DNA of 64,000 bases from Minisyncoccota bacterium (lineage in GTDB: Bacteria; Patescibacteriota; Minisyncoccia; Phycocordibacterales; UBA1550), in the NCBI GenBank assembly GCA_041660105.1, contig JBAZWZ010000003.1:25527-89526 (forward strand), given 5' to 3'. Made by a program: the position numbers and the translations under genes. The notes beneath the pieces are model-generated. The model did not search any database. It had not been told where the DNA came from and worked only from the letters and a program-made list of their open reading frames with translations. Position 1 is the stretch's first letter, and the number at the start of each line of letters is the position of its first letter. Below, piece after piece: positions 16,934-25,340 of this stretch.

Positions 16934-18547
16934 TTAGTGAAAGAAGATTGAAACAAGACAGAACACAAAAAACAGGAAGAATATATAGCGCTCCTTGTAT
17001 GGCTTTCTTACGCAAAGCCAGTATCCAATGATTGCAGTCGGGAGGGCAATACTGTAGGTCGTAAAGAACGGAAGGAAAAATGGCGCCAATATAAAGCTTA
17101 ACGCAAGAAGGAACCCCACAACTTCATTTCCATATTTTCCAAAGATGACAGGGAGGGTCTTTATTCCCGCCTTACGGTCCCCCTCTACATCTTTGATATC
17201 ACGGATATTAACTCCTAGCGTGAAAATAATAAGAATACCGATTGCGTAAGACACAGGAAATTCAGTGATTATTTTGCCTGATGAGACAAAAAAGAAACCA
17301 GCAAATACCGTCGCAAGGACAGCAATTGAAATTAGGAATGAAGAAAAGAGAGGGACTTGCTTGAGGCGGAATGGAGGCGCTGAGTAAAGGTAGTATGCAC
17401 TGATGAATATCGCGCTCATGAAAAAAGCAAAATAACCAACAATATATGCCCCGATAAGTGACAAGAGAAGCCATACATAACTAATCTCGTGCATTTCTCG
17501 GACGGTGACAGCCCCTCTTGGTAAGGGTCTATCAGGGTTTGATATTTTATCGATCTCAATATCAGCGAGGTCATTTACGTGTGTTGCAAACATGCAGGCG
17601 CTAAACCACGAGAGAGAAAGAACCGTGAAGCTGAGCCAATCTACCCAAGTAAACATGATGGGGAATCTCGAGTATGCGCTCAGAGACCCCATTCCGAGCA
17701 AACTTAAACATAGAAAGATTCGTGTTGTACGGATGTTGCCCAAAACTGCAAGAGCTGTTTTTTTGTGTGCGTACCAAAACCATGCTAACCCAAAAATAAA
17801 AAACAGGAGGTAGAGCACCTGGGATAGTAAAGTATTTCGACCATTCATAGAGAGAACCGAGGGAGTGCTGTATAGAAGTTCCCCATGAAGGATGTTTGTA
17901 GGAATGTTTGAACCCGCCACAGACCGTTGCATGAAACTAGTAACAGCTGAGGTGTCTGCTCCGTTTAATGGTATGTGTGAGACTGTATAAAGAATTCCAG
18001 GGAGGGCACCAATGATAAACATCAATGTATAGGAAACAAGAACAGCAACAACCGTAGAAATAATTTTTTTACTTTTCGTCTGAACATACCAACCGATAGC
18101 ACACAAAATGAGAAATACTTCAATCTGCATGCCAGGAGTTGCCCCATTTCCTACTCCGCCAAATGTAAGATAGTCCGCAAAAAGTTTAGGCCCAGTGTCA
18201 GCTATGTATGACATGTGTGCCACACCTCCTTTTGTAAGGATAAGATCAATAATCGGCGCTAGAAAGATAATAGGAAGGCCGTAGAGGGCCAAGTTGATGA
18301 CCCTATTTCCTCTCTGTTTTGTAAAAATAGATACTACAAGAGAAAGAATGAGTGCGACTACAACAAAACATATAAAATAATGAACGCGACGAAGGTTGCT
18401 GACGACAATGCCTGAGTATGGAGTATTAGAAAAAATCTCGATAAAAGAACGAATAACCACAACAGCGGTAAATCCCGCGATCCACTGGGGGATACTTGGG
18501 CTTGGGAAATCTCCGTCAATAATTTTTTTCACTAGTTTCTTTAACAT
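16934..18547 (-). CDS. UbiA-family prenyltransferase domain fused to an unusual roughly 300-aa polytopic N-terminal extension.
   Basis: Asp-rich motif 1 is NDLADIEIDKISNPDRPLPRGAV and motif 2 is DIKDVEGDRKAGIKTLPV, both in the C-terminal 230 aa. More than 7 additional TM helices lie upstream. The track ORF starts at a GTG inside the TIR repeat. The ATG at 18547 (MLKKLVKK) is more likely. Confidence 0.6.
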   Translation of the reverse strand: MLKKLVKKIIDGDFPSPSIPQWIAGFTAVVVIRSFIEIFSNTPYSGIVVSNLRRVHYFICFVVVALILSLVVSIFTKQRGNRVINLALYGLPIIFLAPIIDLILTKGGVAHMSYIADTGPKLFADYLTFGGVGNGATPGMQIEVFLILCAIGWYVQTKSKKIISTVVAVLVSYTLMFIIGALPGILYTVSHIPLNGADTSAVTSFMQRSVAGSNIPTNILHGELLYSTPSVLSMNGRNTLLSQVLYLLFFIFGLAWFWYAHKKTALAVLGNIRTTRIFLCLSLLGMGSLSAYSRFPIMFTWVDWLSFTVLSLSWFSACMFATHVNDLADIEIDKISNPDRPLPRGAVTVREMHEISYVWLLLSLIGAYIVGYFAFFMSAIFISAYYLYSAPPFRLKQVPLFSSFLISIAVLATVFAGFFFVSSGKIITEFPVSYAIGILIIFTLGVNIRDIKDVEGDRKAGIKTLPVIFGKYGNEVVGFLLALSFILAPFFLPFFTTYSIALPTAIIGYWLCVRKPYKERYIFFLFFVFCLVSIFFH

Positions 18548-18554
18548 AGTGACA

Positions 18555-18787
18555 GTATACCCCCACACTTACTTTTTGTATAATAATTATCTACAAAATT
18601 TAGTAGAAACATATTAAACCCGTTCATCTAATGATTGCCTATGCAAAAAGTAGGCAAGAGAACTGGGCAGGGCGTACACCCCCACACCTACTTTTACGTC
18701 GCCACCACACTATGTATTTAGGACGGTTGTTCTTAAAATACATTTCTGTGTATAACTTACTATGCAAAAAGTAGGTGTGGGGGTATA
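18555..18787. repeat. Inverted copy of the 14324..14559 composite repeat. One unit has a different core (core Y); the other is 99% identical to the 14324..14438 unit.
   Basis: The reverse complement of 18673..18787 matches 14324..14438 with a single mismatch. Linker cccctgcccagttctcttgcc is shared. Same TIRs. Confidence 0.85.
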
Positions 18788-18820
18788 GCAGAATCAAGGA
18801 GGGTCTGCCCGCTGAACTAA

Positions 18821-20776
18821 TTACCAGTCTAAGCGGATGACGGGCTCGTGGTCGGTGTCACCCTCTTCGCACTCGGTGAGTGAGTCATCGATGTCACCGA
18901 GGAATTCTGAGGGGAGGTTTACTTGGCGCTGGCCAAAGATAGTGCGCACGGATGCGTAGGACAGATATAGTTTCTTTTTTGCGCGCGTGATGGCCACGTA
19001 GAAAAGGCGACGCTCCTCCTCACTGTCTTCTTTTGACTGAGGGCCTTGGCCCATTCTCTTGTGAGGGAAGAGGTCTTGTTCAAGTCCGGTGACAAATACA
19101 TACGGGAACTCGAGACCTTTTGCGGCGTGCACGGTCATCATCTTTACTGCCTTTGAGCTCTTCATCATTGAGTCTTGATCGCTCGCAAGTGCAGCGTCGC
19201 CGAGGAGCTTTTCAACCGCTTCCTCTGGGGGGAGGATGTCATACTTTGTCGCGAGAGTTACGAGCTCGTGGATGTTCTCGAGGCGCTCATTGTCATCGTC
19301 TTTGTTGCCGGCTCTCAGTGAGCCCTCAATGCCTGACTTCTCAGAAACAAATTTGATGAGGTTTGAAGTTTTTTCAATGAGTGCGTATTCACGGATTGAC
19401 TCGAGGAGTGCCCAGAAATCAGCAACACGCTTTTGGCCACCTGGTGGCAAGCTCGCTTCGTCCTTCGCAAACATTTTCATAAGTGTTGCCTTGCCGATAC
19501 CACGTGGTGGCGCGTCGATGATACGCTTAATGTCCGATAGACTTTCGGGGTTGAGCGCCGCGCGGATATAGGACAAAATGTCCTTTACTTCTTTGCGCTC
19601 GAAGAAACGCACGCCGAGTACTTGATAGGGGATTTCCATCGTGAGAAATGCTTCTTCGAGTGCGCGTGATTGGAAGTTCGCACGATAAAGAACCGCGATA
19701 TCCTCGGGGTCAGTGCCACTGTCGATAAGAGACTTTATTTTTTCTCCGATGGTGCGCGCTTCTGCCCCCTCGTCGTAACTCTCAATGAGAGAAATTTTGT
19801 CACCCTCGATATTTCTTGTGAAAAGATTTTTCTCTTTGCGAACTTTATTTTTCTTGATGACACTGTTTGCTGCGGCGAGAATGATTTGTGTCGAGCGATA
19901 ATTTTCTTCAAGCAAAATTGTTTGCGCACCTTTGTAATCATTTTCAAAATTCAAAATGTTTTGCAAGTTTGCGCCACGCCAGCTGTAAATGTTTTGGTCG
20001 CCATCACCCACAGCACAAATGTTCATCGACTCACCCGCAAGCAAGCGCGCCATCTCGTACTGCACGGCGTTGGTGTCTTGGTATTCGTCGATGTGAATGT
20101 ATTTCCATCTGTTTTGATATTCGCGCCTGATCTCAGGGTGGTCACGCAGAAGAATCACCGTCTTCAAAATGAGATCATCAAAGTCGAGTGCGCTTTCGCG
20201 TGCAAGGAGTCGCTCGTAACGCTCCCACACTGCTGCAACAATCATCGGGAAGTATGCGTTGCCAACATCTGCTTTGTACTGCGCAAGGGTAATGAGTGCA
20301 CCTTTGTTTCTCGAGATGACGCCTGCGATACGGTCTGGAGAAAATTGTTTTGAATCAATCCCCTGTTCCTTTACCGCTTCTTTTATTAATGAGCTCGCAC
20401 TGTTTTTGTCGACAATCGTGAAATGTTTGTTGAGACCAAATGCTTGTGCGTGTGCACGGAGGATGTACACGCCGAGTGAGTGAAAAGTCCCCACGAATGG
20501 GCGCGCATCACCGTAGCGCATCCCCGCATCGAAACCATGTTTCTCGAGAAGATGATTTACGCGTTCTTGCATTTCTTTTGCTGCCTTGTTGGTAAAGGTA
20601 ATGGCGAGGATTTCACTTGGTGGTACACCTTCTTTTACAAGGTTGAGAATACGATGTGTGAGAGTGCTCGTCTTGCCCGTGCCTGCTCCTGCGATAATGA
20701 GAATGGGACCATCTTTGTGAATTGCCGCTTCTTTTTGTTTTGAATTTAAGTGGTCGAGGTGATCGAGGTGTGTCAT
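18821..20776 (-). CDS. UvrD/PcrA/Rep-family ATP-dependent DNA helicase.
   Basis: Walker A [19 protein letters not shown], and UvrD motifs ([41 protein letters not shown]). 651 aa. Confidence 0.9.
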   Translation of the reverse strand: [651 protein letters not shown]

Positions 20777-20788
20777 CGAGACACTTTA

Positions 20789-20850
20789 GCACAAAATACA
20801 AGAGGCGCCGAGCACCAGTACTGGTGCTCGGCGCCTCTTGTATTTTGTGC
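20789..20850. terminator. 62-bp perfect palindrome (30-bp arms), probable intrinsic terminator for the 97-aa gene.
   Basis: gcacaaaatacaagaggcgccgagcaccagtactggtgctcggcgcctcttgtattttgtgc read directly, between the 97-aa gene stop and the helicase start. Confidence 0.6.
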
Positions 20851-21144
20851 CTACTCCTTAATATTGAAATCCTGAAGTGTCCTCTTTACTTCCGTTTCCA
20901 TAAGGCTCTGCATATCGGGCACGTGCTCTTCAAGGAAACGTCCTATGAGCTCTGGTTCGTTCTCGGCAGTGATGCGATCAAACTCCGCGCGCTCTCCAGG
21001 AGAAAGTTTTTCATAAATCGCAATCGTCGTTGATTTCAAAATAATCTCGCCGAGCTTGCCGACGATTTCATCCTGCGCCTCGGGAGGCAAACCCTCGAGT
21101 CCGAGCTCCTTTATTAATACTTCGCGAAGTTCTTGATTTTCCAT
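20851..21144 (-). CDS. Small hypothetical protein (97 aa).
   Basis: ORF MENQELREVLIKELGLEGLPPEAQDEIVGKLGEIILK..., followed by a strong palindromic terminator. Confidence 0.45.
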   Translation of the reverse strand: MENQELREVLIKELGLEGLPPEAQDEIVGKLGEIILKSTTIAIYEKLSPGERAEFDRITAENEPELIGRFLEEHVPDMQSLMETEVKRTLQDFNIKE

Positions 21145-21158
21145 AATGATATTATTAA

Positions 21159-23693
21159 CTATTTATGCAGAGCACTCAACATTGATGCACGTTTGAGATA
21201 TGTTTCTGCGGTGTCGCCCTTGTCTAAGTTCGTGCCCGTCTCGATAAACACTTTTCTAAAGTAATCCTGCATCTCATGAAGCTTGGATGGGTTGTTGATA
21301 CCAATAGTTGGGGCATCCCCAGGGAGAACTATTGGTTTTGCATTCATTATTTCCTCCACAGTTTTGTTTGCAAATCCAAACTCTGGATTTTTCCAATCAG
21401 AAGTTGTCGTGCCATCTACTGCGCCAAATCCGAGTAAACCTTTTGATCCAAGAACATCGGTTACGCGAGTATGAAACTGTTGATCGGCAACTTTGATGAT
21501 CTCAGGGTCCGTCGAGGAGACTTCTTGAGGCGCGGTATTTGTTGCGGGAGTAGCTTCGGTTGTCTCGACTAAACCAGAAGGATACACTTCAGTTGGGTCT
21601 TTGAACACATCCCCGAACGTATTTTCGGTGTCAGCAACCATGCTTGATATCTGGTCTCTAATAAAATCAGCCTCTTTACTAAACTGCCCACCGTGTTGAT
21701 CAAGAGCGTGAAGAATTTGTTCGTGTTGATAAATAGCAAACGCTCTGTTTTCCACAACGCTTGTGTTGAGCGATGATTCACCTGTTGCGTTACTCAATAC
21801 CACCCCCCTCCATCCGTCATTTAATATTTTTTGTGCCTCAATTGTTTGTGGGTAAACAAGTTCTCCATTTGTGACAAAGCCTGTGATGGTACCATCGGCC
21901 GCCTTGATAAATGTTCCTGTTGTCCCGTCAACTTTTATCGTGTTGTTTTCGAGAATATTACTTTCTGGCGTAGTGAGGGGTTCCGCCTGTCCGTTCTCAA
22001 TATATCCTTCGGTTTCGTAAACTGGTGCGTTCTCATAATTTGCGATACTTGCTACCTCCTCGGGAGCTAACCCCTTTGCAGAGGCTATCGCATTATCCAT
22101 AAACTCTTTGTCGTTCAAAATTATTTCAAAATCAACCCCTTGCCCTACTTGAATAGTATTTATATCTGTTATGCCAAACTGATCAGGGTGCTCAGTGATT
22201 TGATCCTTCACACTATCGATAAGGTATGTTTGTTGTTCAGGAGAAAGTCCCGCGAGGCTTCCGTGAGCGCTCAGTTGAGCCTCTGCCATCTTCCAAATGG
22301 AATCTCCTGGCTTCGCTATTTCAATAAATGAACCAGCTGAGACAAGGTTTTCTGTAATTGGCGCTGTAGTGTGTGCAGGGGTCTCAAGGGGGGGAAGAGA
22401 GGAACCACTACTAATAGAGTCGTGCGGGCTGTGAGCAAAATCAACAAGAGGATTGAGAACGCTGTCGTGGAGAACTCTTGGCAGACACAAACCAACAACC
22501 ACTGCGAGACTAATTGCAAGTTTTTGATGTCTTGATTTCTCTGCTGTTGTGCGGGGGTCCCCAGTTTTATTCTCAACAGCAGTCCTAAGCTTCTCGTCTG
22601 TTGCGGTATAGAGACCAGCCATACCAAGCGCACGCATAATCCCTCCAACAGTCGCGACTGGAATAGCAGCAGATGCACCAAGTCCGGCGCCTGTCAAAAT
22701 CAGAGCACCAGAAATTGCAAATTTGTAGCCAAGAGGAACTTTGTTCCATCGCTCCCCTATCCCACGAAGCAATTCTTTTGGAACCGCCGCTTTCTCTGCG
22801 CGCGCTTCGATAGCAGACTGCTTTTCTGGATTATAAATTGCCTTGAGCATTCGCTCCTTTTTTTCTTCAGGAGTTTCTTTTTCAACCGACGAAATATTTT
22901 CAACTGTCGCCGCTTCCTCGAGTGGCTCAATGGCGTCAACAGACTCGGCGGGGCTCTCCTGTTTAATGTCCGCAGAAACCTCACTCTCAACCACATCGGT
23001 AAGTGTTGGGATTGTTCTATCAAGCAGCGCAACTCCTTCGCCTGGTGTTTGAGTGGTGAAATCAAGATTAAAATCTTCTTCCATTTTTTCTAATCCCCGC
23101 TCCTTCAGATCACTCTGCGCTTGTTCATGGCGTGCTTTGGAATATCTTTGCAAATTCCCCCAAACAGTTTTCCCTGACTCAGAATCAATGACATCAGCGA
23201 CGCTGGCGAACATCTCTAAAATATCGGCGGCCTTCTTGTGACGAATTGCCCAGTTTTTCGCTACGTCTGTTTGCCCTGCTTTCTGCGCCTCCTGTATACG
23301 GGCACTAGTTTCTGCCACCTCCTTTTCGATGGCAAGCTTTTCTTTATTGAATACAGAAACAATCTTTGCGCGGTCCCCTGCTTCATTTGTAGCATCTGCA
23401 CTTTTGATCGCCTCGGCGAGAACAAGGGGATTGGCTTTTGCACCGTTCCCCCTGTGGTTGCGACCATTTTTGTTGGGCAAAGTCGCCTTCTTAATGATTT
23501 TTTCCGTAATTTCCTCAGTTGCTACTGGGGCAGGTGAAGAGAGCCCCAACTCCTGTTTTATCCCTTCTGTTCTAAGTTGCGAATCTCCCTGCCCCTTTGA
23601 TAACTTGGACATAAGTTGCGCCCCTATGCTACTTTCCCCCTGAGCATCCGCGTTTCTCGCTGCCCCGATGAGTTGTTTTTCAAGATTGTTCAT
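21159..23693 (-). CDS. Large (844 aa) hypothetical membrane protein with an N-terminal coiled-coil region, two central TM helices and a C-terminal extracytoplasmic domain.
   Basis: TM segments FAISGALILTGAGLGASAAIPVATVGGIMRALGMAGLY and LAISLAVVVGLCLP. No recognisable enzymatic motif. Confidence 0.5.
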   Translation of the reverse strand: MNNLEKQLIGAARNADAQGESSIGAQLMSKLSKGQGDSQLRTEGIKQELGLSSPAPVATEEITEKIIKKATLPNKNGRNHRGNGAKANPLVLAEAIKSADATNEAGDRAKIVSVFNKEKLAIEKEVAETSARIQEAQKAGQTDVAKNWAIRHKKAADILEMFASVADVIDSESGKTVWGNLQRYSKARHEQAQSDLKERGLEKMEEDFNLDFTTQTPGEGVALLDRTIPTLTDVVESEVSADIKQESPAESVDAIEPLEEAATVENISSVEKETPEEKKERMLKAIYNPEKQSAIEARAEKAAVPKELLRGIGERWNKVPLGYKFAISGALILTGAGLGASAAIPVATVGGIMRALGMAGLYTATDEKLRTAVENKTGDPRTTAEKSRHQKLAISLAVVVGLCLPRVLHDSVLNPLVDFAHSPHDSISSGSSLPPLETPAHTTAPITENLVSAGSFIEIAKPGDSIWKMAEAQLSAHGSLAGLSPEQQTYLIDSVKDQITEHPDQFGITDINTIQVGQGVDFEIILNDKEFMDNAIASAKGLAPEEVASIANYENAPVYETEGYIENGQAEPLTTPESNILENNTIKVDGTTGTFIKAADGTITGFVTNGELVYPQTIEAQKILNDGWRGVVLSNATGESSLNTSVVENRAFAIYQHEQILHALDQHGGQFSKEADFIRDQISSMVADTENTFGDVFKDPTEVYPSGLVETTEATPATNTAPQEVSSTDPEIIKVADQQFHTRVTDVLGSKGLLGFGAVDGTTTSDWKNPEFGFANKTVEEIMNAKPIVLPGDAPTIGINNPSKLHEMQDYFRKVFIETGTNLDKGDTAETYLKRASMLSALHK

Positions 23694-24180
23694 TGATTGT
23701 TCAATTATCGCACACTAATGCAGAAACGCACAAATATTTTGCCAACTCGTTGATAATATTAGACCAAAATTGCGTACAAAAGTCAATGGTTGCCGCCCGC
23801 CTAAGTTTACTGTTTGTAAGAGGTATTTAGTGTATATTTACCAAGACTCTTTTGGCAGACGACGAACACCCTTTTGAGCAGAAACTTTTGGCGGGTGAAT
23901 TTTCCACAGCATATCCCCAATTCCCTCCAAAAATGACCCGCTTTGTGCTACCATTTATATAACCACGGGGATTGGCCCCAGGTTTGCCGAAAAGAAGATA
24001 TTTTCCCGTCACGACCGCCCGACCGCCCGATACCTATCTCACAGTAACATTTCTACAAAACTACAGGACCCTAGCCGCGAGGAGAAGACTGGCTGGGCGA
24101 AATACCCATATTTTATAAAGCTTGCCCGAAAAAAGTCGTGGCGAGCGACTTTCGTCGGGCTTGCTAGCAACGGGCTTCTT

Positions 24181-25230
24181 TTGCTTTTAGTTGGCGTTTT
24201 TTTGTTTTTCCCTGTTTCAAAAGCCAGCGCATTTGGTCCTTCTGACCTCATTAGCTGGTTTTTCTCAACACCCGCATCGGCCTCAGAGGAAGTACTTGCG
24301 CCTCAAGTTTCAAGAATTGACGACAATTTCCTCGATAGTAAAGGAAATCCAAATCCAGCCCAGACAAATGCTGGCTTTTCTATGGATGATAAGGCTTTTT
24401 CTTCAGAAACTGGCCCTTCGGGGACCATCGCAGACGTGGAAGCGAATGACCACCAAGGGAAAATTAGTCTTTATGTTGTTCACAAAGGAGATACGCTTGC
24501 GCAGGTTGCCAAAATGTTTGAGGTAACCGTGGAAACTATCCTTTGGGCAAACAATCTTACAAGTGGAACAAGTCTCTATGAAGGACAATTGCTCGATATA
24601 TTGCCAGTAGATGGCGTGCAATATGTGGTTAAAAAAGGAGATACCATTCAGGGAATTACCAAGCAGTACAAGGGCAAACTCGACGAAGTAATGGAGTTCA
24701 ACGATATTGAGGTGGGGCAGAAGCTCTCTGTTGGTGAAATTATCATTATTCCAAATGGTAAAAAAGTATCAGCATCAGCGCCTGTGTCCGAAAACATTGC
24801 AATTCTTTCGAAACCTTCAGTTGCTGGGTATTACACGCATCCAGCTCCCGCCGCAACACGAAGATCGCAAAATCTCCACGGCCGTGTTCACAAAGGTGTT
24901 GATTTTAGTGGACCAATAGGAACACCCGTATATGCAGCAGCAGAAGGTGTGGTAATCCAGAGCCAGTTTACGTCATCGTATTGCGGACGCGGTTGTTTCG
25001 GCGATTATGGAAACAATGTTTGGATTAAGCACCTAGATGGCTCCATCACGGTTTATGCACATTTGAGTGCAGTTTATTTCAAAAAAGGTGTAAGTGTTAT
25101 TAAAGGACAGCAGATTGGTGAAATGGGAAACACTGGCAGGTCAACGGGCTCACACCTTCACTTCGAAGTTCGCGGAGCAAGCAATCCCGGACAGTATGGC
25201 AATGGTTTTAATCAAGGGTGGGGTAAGTAG
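24181..25230 (+). CDS. Secreted LysM(x2)-M23 family peptidoglycan endopeptidase.
   Basis: LysM: YVVHKGDTLAQVAKMFEVTVETILWANNL and YVVKKGDTIQGITKQY...VGQKLSVGEIIIIP. M23: HKGVDFSGPIGTPVYAAAEGVV, HLDGSITVYAHLS, GNTGRSTGSHLHFEV. TTG start as in the track. Confidence 0.85.
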   Translation: MLLVGVFLFFPVSKASAFGPSDLISWFFSTPASASEEVLAPQVSRIDDNFLDSKGNPNPAQTNAGFSMDDKAFSSETGPSGTIADVEANDHQGKISLYVVHKGDTLAQVAKMFEVTVETILWANNLTSGTSLYEGQLLDILPVDGVQYVVKKGDTIQGITKQYKGKLDEVMEFNDIEVGQKLSVGEIIIIPNGKKVSASAPVSENIAILSKPSVAGYYTHPAPAATRRSQNLHGRVHKGVDFSGPIGTPVYAAAEGVVIQSQFTSSYCGRGCFGDYGNNVWIKHLDGSITVYAHLSAVYFKKGVSVIKGQQIGEMGNTGRSTGSHLHFEVRGASNPGQYGNGFNQGWGK

Positions 25231-25240
25231 GGAGGGGCGG

Positions 25241-25340
25241 AATATGGGATTTGGAATATAGAATATGGAAGAGAAACGCATGGGGCCAAAGGCCTCATGC
25301 GTTTCTTCTAAATCCCAAATCCCATATTCTAGATTCTATT
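25241..25340. terminator. Nested palindromic bidirectional terminator between the convergent M23 peptidase and comM genes.
   Basis: ggaatatgggatttgg...gaagagaaacgcatggggccaaaggcctcatgcgtttcttc...ccaaatcccatattc read directly. Confidence 0.55.

Noticed and set aside
23694-24180. A 487-bp intergenic gap ending in a hairpin plus T-tract (24124..24187), considered as an SRP, RNase P or 6S RNA locus.
   Set aside because: No conserved SRP domain IV, RNase P P4/CR-I or tmRNA motifs could be recognised by eye. The hairpin sits immediately in front of the TTG start of the M23 peptidase and may just be its 5' UTR. This was left unresolved rather than called.
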